This document shows, in pieces, positions 36,458-48,609 of a stretch of 58,155 nt of DNA. The notes below the pieces were generated by a model. It did no database searches. It saw nothing but the letters and a program-made list of their open reading frames with translations, and was not told the DNA's origin. Position 1 is the first letter of the stretch; each line of letters opens with the position of its first letter. Made by a program: the position numbers and the translations under genes. The DNA is from Oculina patagonica (taxonomy: Eukaryota): contig NC_135762.1 in NCBI RefSeq assembly GCF_052425735.1, positions 10,669,846 through 10,728,000 on the forward strand, read 5' to 3'.

Positions 36458-36679
36458 CTTGATATTGTGCAAACTTGATCCAGTCCTCTACTGACCGTGT
36501 AACACTGGTAACAGTTGTAACAGTGTTACATAAAAGTGATACCAGATCTCTGACCCTAAATCGGGCAGCATGTGAAAAAGAGCACTGAACCAGTTCACTC
36601 AGTTGAATTTGCATTATGTTTTTTTATAACGTGCGAATAAATAAAAAATAAGCCAGGTTCTCGAGTATGATGCTCAGTC

Positions 36680-39600
36680 CTGTTTTGTCTTCGCTTCATT
36701 TTGGGATTCTACTCTCCATTTGATATTACCTTTTATCATTTAAACATCAGTATATACCCGGGTACATATTATTATCCTAACATGTGAATTAATTAAAAAT
36801 AAGCCTGGTTCTCGAGTATGATACTCAGTCCAGATTTGTCATCGCTTCAGTTTGGGTTTCTACTCTCCGTTTGATCAGATTATCTTTGAAAAACCATCTA
36901 GTAAATGTCATATACTTGCTGATGGCGTGTTTCATTCTGGATTTCGCAACGACCCTAAGGACAAATGCTATTTTCGGAAATGATCATTATTGTCTTATGA
37001 GTCCTTATGGATGACTGCGAAACACAATACATACATTTGTCGTCAAAGTGACCTCCTGACCACAAATATCACTTGAAGATTAGTAAAAAAAAAAAACGTT
37101 GGATGCAGAGGACCACGCAACGAAGAATAAAAATAGGCTTGTCTGTTGCCGGATCTCTTGCTCAAGAAATGCTTATACCAGACGTCACTCTAAATGTAAA
37201 TAAACCAAATCGATTGCAAGGCTGATACTACGGCAAAAGGGCATAATATTTTTGGCCAATATTGCAACTAGCAGAGCAAGTCTTCCTTACAAACGTATCA
37301 GTTTTATTTGCCCTGAAAAATTAGGACTTTTAAGAGAAGATTTGTAAGGGTATCGGGTGAAATTCTTCAAATAATTGAACCCCCCCCCCCCCCCACCCAC
37401 GTTTGCAAGTCATGTCTGACTTCGAACAAGGACCGTGGAATACAGACCCCTCGGCGTTTTAATTCCTACGGCTAAGATTATTTCTAATACTCCTGGATGA
37501 GATGCCAGCTGGTCCATCGATCAGTACACTGTTCTCGTGTTTGAAGAAAATACGCGAATTTAAAGGGCTGTGAACAGTCTAGCCCCTCAGCGTTATTAAA
37601 CATTGGTTGCCCGCCTACACGTTAGTACCCGGGCCATTTCTACTCCTTGGTGGAGAGAAGCACTGAGCTGAGGGAGAAACTTCCTTCAAAAGACAATAAT
37701 TATCATTTCTGAAAATAGCATTTGTCCCTAAGGTCGTTGAAAAATACAGAATAAACCACGCCATCAACAAGTTTGTGAAATCCACTAGATGAATCTTCAA
37801 AGGTAATATCAAACGGAGAGTAGAAATTAACCCAAACTAAACTGAGCAGTAACAATACTGGACCAGGCATCATCCTCGAGAATCCAGCTCTCAATTCGTA
37901 AGTCACTTACCGCTAGAGCGCCTTCTTCCCGTCGAAACCGGAACCGCAAAATTGCAAACATGACGGCAAAGCGGTGGTTACGTGACCTCCTCAGGTTCGC
38001 CGTTTGCCGTGCACATGCACATATTTAGGAACTTCGAGCCGCCATTTTGTTTTCAACTTCTTTTGCCACTCGGTTTTTTTAGTTTTAGATCATGTAAAAT
38101 ACATTGTTTTTTAATCACAAAAAACCGACATTTGGATCCATAAAAGGTAATTTTTTCACTAGAGCACCTTCTTCCCGTCGAAACCGGAACCGCAAAATTG
38201 CAAACGTGACGGCAAAGCGGTGGTCACGTGACTTCCTCAGGTTCGCCGTTTGCAGTAAACGTGATACTAAAAGTGCCTATTTAACCGTGCCTATTAAACA
38301 TCGTTCGGTGTAGTAATAAATCAGAACTGCACAGGCCGATCAAAAGAGTAGTGGAGAGTAGAGTCCGGAATAATATATTTTATACGAGGTAAGTCAGGGC
38401 CGGGCTTAAAATCAGTGCTTTTATTGTTTCGAGGTGTTTGGGACCCCTGATGAAAACCAGGCACGATCTTTTGATATGGCTTCTCAAACTTGTGTGGCAA
38501 TTTACTGTTTAGGAACAATAGTTCGTTATAAGGCGCACTCAGTGGGCGATTGTTTGTTTGGTATTCAACTGGCAAATGAAATGAATATTTGATATACGGC
38601 GATCCTGGTGAGTAAAGTTGGAGTTTTTTTTAAGAAATTTACATAACCCGCGTGGTGGAGTTCGAGTCCGGATCAGGACGATTTCGCGTTCCCAAATCGC
38701 CTTCTGAAGAAAAGGTTTCGGTGAATGACGCGTTCCAGTTTTAGCTAAGTACAGCAACGAGTAGGCTGTGAACATTTTTGTCGAATAGCTGATGTTAAGA
38801 GAGGGTAAAGTTCCGGCGAGTTCGCGTTCGATAAACTGGCTGTGCCCGTAGACATCGACAGCTTAAAGCCTGGTTTTCATATGTCGGGAAAATCCCAGAC
38901 GATCGGGGATTTCACTGTTTCCTGACCGTCCCAGACTTTGCCGACTAATGAAAACTCGAAATCTTAGATATCCCCGATCGTCTGGGATGGTCGGGGACAA
39001 ATCTGGAGAATCGGGAGCGTTTCTATTCTCCCGACGGGTCCCAGATTTCTGCGATGGTCGGCGATCGTTTTGTCTTCGCTTCATTTTGGGTTTCTACTCT
39101 CATTTGATATTACCTTTCATCATTATACGGGTACATTTTATTATCCTAACATGTGAATTAATTAACAACAAGCCTGGTTCTCGAGTATGCTACTCAGTCC
39201 AGATTTGTCATCGCTTCAGTTTGGGTTTCTACTCTCTGTTTGATCAGATTATCTTTGAAGAACCATCTAGTGAATGTCATATACTTGCTGATGGCGTGCT
39301 ACATTCTGGATTTCGCAACGACCCTAAGGACAAATGCTATTTTCAGAAATGATGATTATAATCTTATGGGTCTTAATGGATGGCTGCGAAACACAATACA
39401 TACATTTGTCGTCAAAGTGACCTCCTGACCACAAATATTACTTGAAGATTAGTAAAAAAAAAACCGTTGGATGCAGAGGACCACGCAACGAAGAATAAAA
39501 CTACTTGGCTTGTCTGTTGCCGGATCTCTTGCTCAAGAAATGCTCATACCAGACGTCACTCTAAATGTAAATAAACCAAATCGATTGCAGGGCTGATACT

Positions 39601-41295
39601 ACGGCAGAAGGGCATAATTTTTTTAGCCAATATTGCAACTAGCAAAGCAAGTCTTCCTTACAAACGTATCAGTTTTATTTGCCCTGAAAAATTAGGACTT
39701 TTAAGAGAAGATTTGTAAGGGTATTGGGTGAAATTCTTCAAATAGTTTGAACCCCCCCCGCCACCCACGTTTGCAAGTCATGTCTGACTTCGAACAAGGA
39801 CCGTGGAATACAGACCCCTCGGCGTTTTAATTCCTACGGCTAAGATTATTTCTACTACTCCAGGATGAGATGCGAGCTAGTTCATCGGTCAGTACACTGT
39901 TCTTGCGTTTGAAGAAAATACGCGAATTTAAAGGGCTGTGAACAGTCTAGCCCCTCAGCGTTATTAAACATTGGTTGGCCGCCTACACGTTAGTACCCGG
40001 GCCATTTCTACTCCTTGGTGGAGAGAAGCACTGAGCTGAGGGAGTAGCTTCCTTCAAAAGACAATAATTATCATTTCTGAAAATAGCATTTGTCCCTAAG
40101 GTCGTTGAAAAGTACAGAATAAACCACGCCATCAACAAGTTTGTAAAATCCACTAGATGAATCTTCAAAGGTAATATCAAACGGAGAGTAGAAATTAACC
40201 CAAACTGAACTGAGCAGTAACAATACTGGACCAGGCATCATCCTCGAGAATCCAGCTCTCAATTCGTAAGTCACTTGCCGCTAGAGCACCTTCTTCCCAT
40301 CGAAACCGGAACCGCAAAATTGCAAACGTGACGGCAAAGCGGTGGTTACGTGACCTCCTCAGGTTCGCCGTTTGCCGTGCACATGCACATATTTAGGAAC
40401 TTCGAGCCGCCATTTTGTTTTCAACTTCTTTTGCCACTCGGTTTTTTTAGTTTTAGATCATGTAAAATACATTGTTTTTTAATCACAAAAAAACGACATT
40501 TGGATCCATAAAAGGTAGAAAATTCTTACTTAAAGTGTCAAACGTGAGTTGGTTTCGTTAAGCGGCGAAAAAAATTTCCCGTAAGTCACAAGAGCACCTT
40601 CTTCCCGTCGAAACCGGAACCGCAAAATTGCAAACGTGACGGGAAAGCGGTGGTCACGTGACTTCCTCAGGTTCGCCGTTTGCCGTAAACGTGATACTAA
40701 AAGTGCCAATTTAACCGTGCCTATTAAACATCGTTCGGTGTAGTAATAAATCAGAACTGCACAGGCCGATCAAAAGAGTAGTGGAGAGTAGAGTCCGGAA
40801 TAATATATTTTATACGAGGTAAGTCAGGGCCGGGCTTAAAATCAGTGCTTTTATTGTTTCGAGGTGTTTGGGACCCCTGATGAAAACCAGGCACGAACTT
40901 TTGATATGGCTTCTCAAACTTGTGTGGCAATTTACTGTTTAGGAACAATAGTTTGTTATAAGGCGCACTCAGTGAGCGATTGTTTCTTTGGTATTCAACT
41001 GGTAAATGAAATGAATATTTAATATACGGCGATCCTGGTGAGTAAAGTTGGAGTTTTTTTTAAGAAATTTACATAACCTGCGTGGTGGAGTTCGAGTCCG
41101 GATCAGGACGATTTCGCGTTCCCAAATCGCCTTCTGAAGAAAAGGTTTCGGCGAATGACGCGTTTCAGTTTTAGCTAAGTACAGCAACGAGTAGGCTGTG
41201 AACATTTTTGCCGAATAGCTGATGTTAAGAGAGGGTAAAGTTCCGGCGAGTTCGCGTTCGATAAACTGGCTGTGCCCGTAGACATCGATAGCTTA
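36680..41295. repeat. Direct tandem duplication of a ~2.2-2.4-kb non-coding unit (copies ~36680-38866 and ~39068-41295)
   Basis: Near-identical blocks offset by ~2370-2430 bp (e.g. 37615/39983, 38539/40969). Both units are mirrored in the right arm (~52705-57070). Confidence 0.9.
38867..39067. mobile_element. Truncated MITE (AGCCTGGTTTTCATATG terminus) at the tandem-duplication junction; mirrored at ~54620-54821
   Basis: Starts after TAA; internal CCCAGACGATCGGGGAT / CCCCGATCGTCTGGG inverted motifs; second terminus missing; absent at the equivalent end of unit 2 (41291 GCTTAA|ATAAGG). Confidence 0.65.
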
Positions 41296-41934
41296 AATAA
41301 GGTCTTGCTTGAAATGTGCTAGCGGCAGGTTTTCATCGCAAAACTGCTCTTAGTCTGTGTTACTTGTTTTTCCTCCCTGTTCAATACTGGGATTAAAGAT
41401 AAATTTATACGCATAAGGGATGTTGTTTTCAAGAAGGGAATTAAAAAATTCAAAAACTGCACAATCAATGTAACGGTGTCTGTCAGAGAAGGACAGACAT
41501 TAAGGAATAACATGTTGCTGCGTTGTTGTTGTTGTAATTAATGAGTCAAGCGGAAAAAAATGCTGTAATTAGCATAAATATAAATACAAATTAAAATTCA
41601 AGTTTCTTAATCAGTTTCTTGATCAGTTTTAGAAGTTATCGAACGTGTCTTAATCGGTATGTTCATTGGGTATCAACATTTTGAAAGTCATTAAAACGAC
41701 GAGCCCAACTAACATACTGACAAGAGCAGGCGTTTTTCGGGTATTTCATCAAGGAACTTAAAACTGTATTATTTCTTGACCGATGAAAATTTCTCTCCTG
41801 ACAAAATAAGTTCTCAAATGATCAGAAATTCTCGATCGCTTAAAATATTTCTACACCGATTGGAAATCTTGACTGATTAAATTTTCTCTTTCTCGTTGTT
41901 TGTAGATATTTGCTTTGGGTTGGAGCAAGAAAAG

Positions 41935-42747
41935 ATGGCAAATTCGTCCAGCAATAACACAGCAGAGGGATACAAACACAACTCGCCTTTGATGCAAAAG
42001 GCGGACGGAGAAATATTCATTCAAACGGATGTTTGTCCTCAAGCAGGAGACGCCATCTTGGATTTAGGTTGCGGTACAGGAGAGCTGTCTGCATATCTGG
42101 CTGAGCTTGTAGGACCCGAGGGAAAAGTTGTGGGTGTTGATCCTGACAAGGAACGAATTCTACTGGCTCAGCAGTCTCACGGTGAAATCAAGAATCTCTC
42201 ATTCGTGGAAGGGAGCGCTTCAAACTTCCCAGGGATTGGCTCGGAGTCATACGACTTTATTTTCAGTAATTACGTCATTCACTGGATCCCTGACAAAGAA
42301 GAAGTCTTCAAGAATATGTTTGAAAGTCTTAAAAGTGGAGGGAAAGTATGCATTCAATATGGTGATCATATGTTTCCTTTTTTAGCAAGTGCTTTCGAGG
42401 AACTCAACCCCGAGACTTCAAATGAATGTTTTGCGATGTATCATTTTGAGGAGAGGGCCAAGATTGAACAATACTGTTCCACCGCGGGATTTCAGATCAT
42501 TAAGAGTTCCAACACGCTAAGCACACAACTGGTCTTCCCAACCACCGAGAGCCTTCTGCACTGGATTTGGTCGACAACACATGGTGTCTTTAAGCCCAAG
42601 CTGGTAACCGAGGAGCGTTTGCAGAGATATTACTCGTACTCAAGCAGAAGCGGTAAGCCACCTTTCGACTTCAGAGGAAACAAAGAAGAATCTCCAGTTT
42701 GTCAACTGATAACTGTTAAGCAAGCAAGAGACAAATCCACCCCATAA
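41935..42747 (+). CDS. Class I SAM-dependent methyltransferase (small-molecule type), intact, 270 aa
   Basis: Single coding exon with motif [10 protein letters not shown], post-I VVGVDPD, motif II YDFIFSNYVIHW, motif III LKSGG. A polypyrimidine tract plus TAG acceptor at 41905 precedes aagATGG at 41935. Substrate unknown. Confidence 0.88.
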   Translation: MANSSSNNTAEGYKHNSPLMQKADGEIFIQTDVCPQAGDAILDLGCGTGELSAYLAELVGPEGKVVGVDPDKERILLAQQSHGEIKNLSFVEGSASNFPGIGSESYDFIFSNYVIHWIPDKEEVFKNMFESLKSGGKVCIQYGDHMFPFLASAFEELNPETSNECFAMYHFEERAKIEQYCSTAGFQIIKSSNTLSTQLVFPTTESLLHWIWSTTHGVFKPKLVTEERLQRYYSYSSRSGKPPFDFRGNKEESPVCQLITVKQARDKSTP

Positions 42748-42777
42748 ACATTTTCAGAATTTTGATATCCAACTGTT

Positions 42778-43021
42778 AGGGGTATCAAATGGTCTTTGCG
42801 AGCATTTGCGTGCATGCGAGCATAGCGGTTTTTTTTGCGAGCACGAGCATTGACAAAAATTAGCCTTGCGAGTACCGAGCACTTTATAAAAACCTACCTC
42901 CACTAAAAACCGAGCATGCGAGCACTTGTAAAAATGTGCGAGCACGAGCAAACGAGCACCCACTAAAATTTTGCGAGCATTGCGAGCACTGCGACATTTT
43001 GAGGGACCATTTTTGACTCCT
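42778..43021. mobile_element. MITE with AGG(G/A)GT...AATGGTC TIRs and GCGAGCA repeats; mirrored at ~50987-51230
   Basis: AGGGGTATCAAATGGTC ... GACCATTTTTGACTCCT flanked by duplicated ACTGTT. Confidence 0.7.
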
Positions 43022-43391
43022 ACTGTTAAATAGACTGCGCGTAGCGAACAACTACAGTATTCACCAAGGTGGAGGTTGCTACTGGCTAGTGGTGGATATT
43101 TACCAAGCCGCGAAGCGGCTAGGCAAATATTCACCAACACCCACCGACACTGAGGTGAATAGTTGTTTTAGTAATATTGAGATAATATAGCCCGAAAGGA
43201 TGATTTTTGACTAGTTCATTCCTGTCAAAGATTACAATTTTCTCGCGCGCGTTGCTCAGAGGTGAATAGTTAGTAAATAAACCCCCTCAGGCGGCTGGTA
43301 TATTGGAGGATAATGTCCGAGGCTGAAAGATTGTCGAAAAATGAACAGTTGGCCGAGAAGCGAAGCTTCGAAGGCAACTGTGAAATTTTGA

Positions 43392-43423
<32 letters not shown>

Positions 43424-43834
43424 AATATACCAGCAAGGCAGAAAGGGGTTTTATTAATTTTTTACCCCTTCGACTTATTTCTACAAAGCGCTTTATCGCC
43501 AGTAAATTTATAGGAAAAACCTATGTAATAAAACCGGCGTAACTGTGGCTAAGTTGATTGGTTTACGTGATTTTTTAACTCTGTGATTTTATTAAAAGTT
43601 AAAATTGAATAAGGTGACTTCATTCGTTTGTTTTGTGCTTGCCTACAAAATCGGACGACGGATATCAAATCGGACGGGGTATATTCGCTGATACCCGTCG
43701 TCCGATTTTGTACCACGTGATGCGTTTTGTCCAATGAGCGCGCGCAAAAGTAAATGGGTGGGTTATAACAAAGGATATTCGGAGTTTGAGTAGCCAATCA
43801 GCGCGCGCCAGAAACGCTATCCTCTGTTTGAGTA

Positions 43835-44546
43835 CCGTATTTATTCGATTAACCGCCCAACCTCGAATAAGCGCCCACAATGTAGGTAGGAACAGGTAAT
43901 AAGCGCCCAGCCTCGAATAAGCGCTCACCTCGCATAAGCGCCCACCATGTAGGTAGGAAAAGTTAAAAGCGCCCAGCATCGAATAAGCGCCCACCCCCTT
44001 CAAAAAATACTAAAATGCATAAGAGGAATACTTTGATTATTATTGAAATTGAGGTTGAAATTGACTAAGTACTACTAAGAGACTTCCCCGAAGACCGAGC
44101 TCTCTTAGTATTTTACAGAACTTTCAATAGACCAATTCGGCCAACGTGTTTACATCGTTGTTGCCACCTAATTCAGATCATGTGATGATTCCTTTGGGAG
44201 GTTATAATTGTTCTGTTCGTTCATACTCCCATGCGCTCAGTTACGTGTGACAAATTGCACAATTGTAACCTTCCAAAGGAATCATCACATGGTCTGAATT
44301 GGGTGGCAACAACGATGTAAACACGTTAGCCGAATTTGTCTATGAACAGTTAAAATTCTGCTTTGGTACATCTTCATCTTTTATTATTATTCATTGTTTT
44401 CTTGTAAAATTAACTTACTACTTGCAAGAAATAGTGAAAATTTAATAAGCGCGCAGCCTCGAATAAGCGCCCACCTCGAAAAAGCGCCCACTCTCAAAGT
44501 CCAAAAATTTAATAAGCACTCAGGGCGCTTAATCGAATAAATACGG
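43835..44546. mobile_element. TA-flanked Tc1/mariner-type MITE containing a nested palindromic MITE (~44127-44345); mirrored at 49156-49867
   Basis: TA|CCGTATTTATTCGATTAA ... TTAATCGAATAAATACGG|TA; internal GAATAAGCGCCC repeats; the nested element has ~70-bp inverted arms. Confidence 0.8.
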
Positions 44547-44892
44547 TATATTAATACCTCATATTTTCAGGGTTGAGCACGTGAACGCGCGCGAAAATCG
44601 ATGGCACGGGGAGGCATCTCCTTTTGCGCACGCGTGCTCAAACCCGTTCAGAATCAAGTTGTACTTTTCTCTTTGTATTCGTGATCAGAGAAAGATAGAG
44701 TTGTTTTGTTGATTGATAGCCATCAAACAATGATATTTAGCATTCTTCAGCATGAAGGGTTTCGTGATATCTGTGAATTAATTACCTCTGCACTACCTAC
44801 TGAGTCAATTTGCATTCAAACTCATTGGCGTGGTCACATTTGTTCGTTATATTGGGATAGATTTAAGGTTTTCTTGTTCGCGGCAAGCGTTC

Positions 44893-45071
44893 GTGGCAAG
44901 CGTGGCAGACCCAAGAATACATGGCGACATACAGTAGAGAGTGACTTGAGGGGCTTAAACCAAAGCTGGAACACCATCCAACAACTGGTCATAGGCAGAC
45001 AGCAGTGGAAGAACTTTGTTGCTGCCCTACGTGCCAGAGGGCACAATGGAAAGTGAGTGAGTGAGTGAGTG
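44893..45071 (+). mobile_element. 3' end of an RTE-clade non-LTR retrotransposon; mirrored at ~48631-48810 (-)
   Basis: Translates GKRGRPKNTWRHTVESDLRGLNQSWNTIQQLVIGRQQWKNFVAAL, typical of an RTE ORF C-terminus, followed immediately by a (GAGT)n microsatellite tail. Confidence 0.8.
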
Positions 45072-45109
45072 TTCGTCATAACAAGAATTTTATTATACCA
45101 AGTTTCTGT

Positions 45110-45298
45110 GCTTGTCAGGATCAACACCCACAACCGTTCCCTTGGGTCCTACAAGCTCAGCCAGATATGCAGACAGCTCTCCCGTACCGCAGCCTAAATC
45201 CAAGATGGTGGTACCGGGTTAAGGACAAACATTCGTTTGAATGAATATTATGCCTTCCATTTTTTGCACGGAGAGCGAAGCTTGTTTGTATACTTCTG
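45110..45298 (-). pseudogene. Methyltransferase pseudogene fragment (5' and 3' truncated, in-frame TAA)
   Basis: Matches the N-terminal part of the family from ...YKQASLSVQK to DPDK, with VCP* in place of VCPQ. Confidence 0.85.
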
Positions 45299-46367
45299 TA
45301 AGAAAGTAAAGTTTTTTTTTAATATATTACCAAAAGTAAATGATACGCGTAATTTAGGCTTCATGGTGAACACATAATTGCTTATCCTTTTTTCGGGGTT
45401 TTAATGCTTCTTTCCTGTTTCCAGATATTTAGCTAAAAGAAACAAACAGAATTGTAAGGGAAACATTTTTAGGCAATGTCCCGCATTAACGTTAGCCGCT
45501 GAAATATAAAGTGATGATGTCATTCTTAGCAACAGTCTGATTGGTAGCAGTACTCGTTACTGTATCTAGGCTAGGCAATGAAGAAAAAAGGAATAAATTT
45601 TTAATACAATCAAGCATGTAAGCTTTGGGGAAATGTTGCTTAATGTATAGCCATAAGAGGCTGTCAGTACCAAACCAAGCCAAAAGTGGTACTTTCCTCG
45701 AAGTAGAGACTGATCAACGATGAAGACAATGTCGATTGTGCAAGGTGATCAGCCATATACACCAAATCGAAGAAACGTTGATCCTATGAAAAGCATAAAC
45801 CATGAACGATAAGAAGGGGTTCTGGGTAGACAGCTTTGTTAATCTTAGTAATATTCCATTTATTTATAATAAAGATATTTTCTTTCCTTGAGAGCTTTAA
45901 GAGCATAATTTATGCAACCTGTCTAGCTTATTGTAATGTGCATTCTGCCACATACGACGATTACTTTTTCCGATTTCCCAGTAAACATTTGGGTCGCATA
46001 GCGTGTGGTTTATGCTTCTTATGTGTCAAAGTCTCTTCAATCAGGTGTATGTCAGAAACACGCGGCTTATAGTCATTAGAAAAATAAAGGCCGGTAACTT
46101 TGACAACGAAAGTCAACTCAAGCTTCAAGGAAAGGCCGTCGCTAACAGTATCCTCATTTGTTACTATATTTTAAGCTGTAGACTTTCTTGTTGATGCATG
46201 TAAAAAGCTGCAGAAAAAAAGTCAGCAACCCTGAGGTTTTGCAACGTTTCCAGCAGCTTTTTACGCATATCAATGACACAACAATGTCAATGATCAGAAT
46301 GTCGGGATCAAAAGTTTTGAGCCGGTTTATTTTCAACTAAACCAAGAATGATGAGTCTTCTCAAATG

Positions 46368-46867
46368 NNNNNNNNNNNNNNNNNNNNNNNNNNNNNNNNN
46401 NNNNNNNNNNNNNNNNNNNNNNNNNNNNNNNNNNNNNNNNNNNNNNNNNNNNNNNNNNNNNNNNNNNNNNNNNNNNNNNNNNNNNNNNNNNNNNNNNNNN
46501 NNNNNNNNNNNNNNNNNNNNNNNNNNNNNNNNNNNNNNNNNNNNNNNNNNNNNNNNNNNNNNNNNNNNNNNNNNNNNNNNNNNNNNNNNNNNNNNNNNNN
46601 NNNNNNNNNNNNNNNNNNNNNNNNNNNNNNNNNNNNNNNNNNNNNNNNNNNNNNNNNNNNNNNNNNNNNNNNNNNNNNNNNNNNNNNNNNNNNNNNNNNN
46701 NNNNNNNNNNNNNNNNNNNNNNNNNNNNNNNNNNNNNNNNNNNNNNNNNNNNNNNNNNNNNNNNNNNNNNNNNNNNNNNNNNNNNNNNNNNNNNNNNNNN
46801 NNNNNNNNNNNNNNNNNNNNNNNNNNNNNNNNNNNNNNNNNNNNNNNNNNNNNNNNNNNNNNNNNNN
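46368..46867. other. Assembly gap (500 N)
   Basis: Run of exactly 500 N, i.e. a scaffold join of arbitrary size. Confidence 0.99.
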
Positions 46868-48375
46868 CAAGACTGAGCATCATACTCGAGAACCTAGCTT
46901 ATTTTTAATATATTCGCACGTTAACATAATGCAAATTCAACTGAATGAGCTGGTTCAGTGCTCTTTTTCACTGAAGATCAAAACAGGGTGCCATGGAATA
47001 ATTAATTAGAACTGCGAAGACTGATAAAGTAATGTTGGTCAAGTTTACAGTCCGGAATAATATATGGTCATTTGAGAAGACTCATCATTCTTGGTTTAGT
47101 TGAAAATAAACCGGCTCAAAACTTTTGATCCCGACATTCTGATCATGACATTGTTGTGTCATTGATATGCGTAAAAAGCTGCTGGAAACGTTGCAAAACC
47201 TCAGGGTTGCTGACTTTTTTTCTGCAGCTTTTTACATGCATCAACAAGAAAGTCTACAGCTTGAAATATAGTAACAAATGAGGATACTGTTAGCGACGGC
47301 CTTTCCTTGAAGCTTGAGTTGACTTTCGTTGTCAAAGTTACCGGCCTTTATTTTTCTAATGACTATAAGCTGCGTGTTTCTGACATACACCTGATTGAAG
47401 AGACTTTGACACATAAAAAGCATAAACCATAAGCTATGCGACCTAAATGTTTACTGGGAAATCGGAAAAAGTAATCGTCGTCTGTGGCAGAATGAACATT
47501 ATAATAAGCTTAACAGGTTGCATAAATTATGCTCTTAAAGCTCTCAAGGAAAGAAAATATCTTTAGTATAAATAAATGGGATATTACTAAGCTTACCAAA
47601 GCTGTCTACCCATAACCCCTTTTTATCGTTCATGGTTTATGCTTTTCACAGGGTCAACGTTTCTTCAATTTGGTGTATATGGCTGATCACTTTTTGAGGG
47701 GTTTGGGGGGGGGGAGAGAGAGAGGGGGGGGGGAGTGAGGTCCACCAGGAAAGGTTATGAGATCAAGACCCTGGGAAATATAAAAAAAAATTGGTGATTG
47801 TATGTGTGGTTCAACGGCTTCCTAAATTTTAACATTTCATTTGAAGGAATTGCGCCAATTTTTTCTCGTTCGTAAATAAACGCGCCTTTCGTAAAGAGCA
47901 CATGCCGTTGTGCATTTGCCTGTCACCTGGCTAACCCCTGCATGGCCAGAAGGCTCCACAGTTTGCACTTGCTAGATAAGCCTTGATCTCATGAGGAAGG
48001 GGACTTGTGAGATTTATAATGCTAAGATGTGTTAAAAATTGCTTTCTATTTCATCTTGAAAGTGCATCAGCTTGAATTTTTCTATTGATTTTCAAAACAC
48101 GAGTACCTGAAAAAATTTGTAGGCCCGGGCCTTCGGGTCTATAGACTACCTACGTCCCTGGGTGCGTATCCACCATTCGTTATAATTAAGCATTTTATAT
48201 ACTGTTTCCCTTTATATGATATATTTTTTGGTGTGAAAAAATAAAGTTATTAGAGTACTCGCTCTCGTTTTTGATTCGTTTAGTCGGGGAGAGTGACTGA
48301 TCAAGTAAAACGGATCCTAACGATTAAACCTCTTCGTTGTTTGTAGATATTTGTTTTGGTTCGGACCAAGAAAAG

Positions 48376-48609
48376 ATGATAAATTTGACAAGCAATAGCC
48401 CAACAGAAGGTTACAAACAAACCTCGCTCTCCATGCAAAAAATTGAAGGCATAATATTCATTCAAACGAATGTTTGTCCTGAACCCGGTGCCACCATCTT
48501 GGATTTAGGCTGCGGTACGGGAGAGCTGTCTGCATATCTGGCTGTGCTTGTAGGACCCGAGGGAAAGGTTGTGGGTGTTGATCCTGACAAGCACAGAAAC
48601 TTGGTATAA
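48376..48609 (+). pseudogene. 3'-truncated methyltransferase copy
   Basis: [13 protein letters not shown]...ILDLGCGTG...GVDPDK, then unrelated HRNLV*. Same breakpoint as the 45110 copy. Upstream 47690-48375 is a diverged inverted homolog of ~25545-26430. Confidence 0.85.

Larger units (their letters stand above)
27569..36574 (-). mobile_element. Full-length ~9.0-kb KDZ-superfamily (Kyakuja-type) DNA transposon with 8-bp TSD
   Basis: TSD AAAAAGAG at 27561-27568 and 36575-36582. Empty sites (CTCTTTTTCACTGAAGATC) at 57169 and 46961. Imperfect TIRs TATACCATGCACGATTTAGG / CACATGCTGCCCGATTTAGG, with TGTAACA(G/C)TGTTAC at offset 44 from both ends. Internal spliced transposase. Confidence 0.88.

Noticed and set aside
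38222-38233. Perfect CLEAR-type GTCACGTGAC sites (also ~40653, ~55460)
   Set aside because: Embedded in a repeated block far from the lysosomal genes; sister blocks carry GTTACGTGAC, so no support for function.
36900-41300. Short ORFs repeated in the tandem unit and its mirror (e.g. MFTAYSLLYLAK..., MTYELRAGFSR..., 210-aa ORF at 54108)
   Set aside because: They recur only because the DNA is recently duplicated; copies carry frameshifting indels and show no recognisable domain.
41935-42747. Assigning the methyltransferase to a specific pathway (DNA methylation, arsenite, DMSP synthesis)
   Set aside because: Only generic class I motifs are visible; no DNA-MTase catalytic motif (PC or DPPY/NPPY) and no diagnostic residues I can support without a search.
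44706-45133. 116-aa and 99-aa ORFs (and mirrors at 48569-48996) as genes
   Set aside because: Explained by an RTE retrotransposon 3' remnant and its antisense frame.
46308-47009. ORFs of 169-214 aa containing X runs
   Set aside because: Artefacts of translating the N gap.
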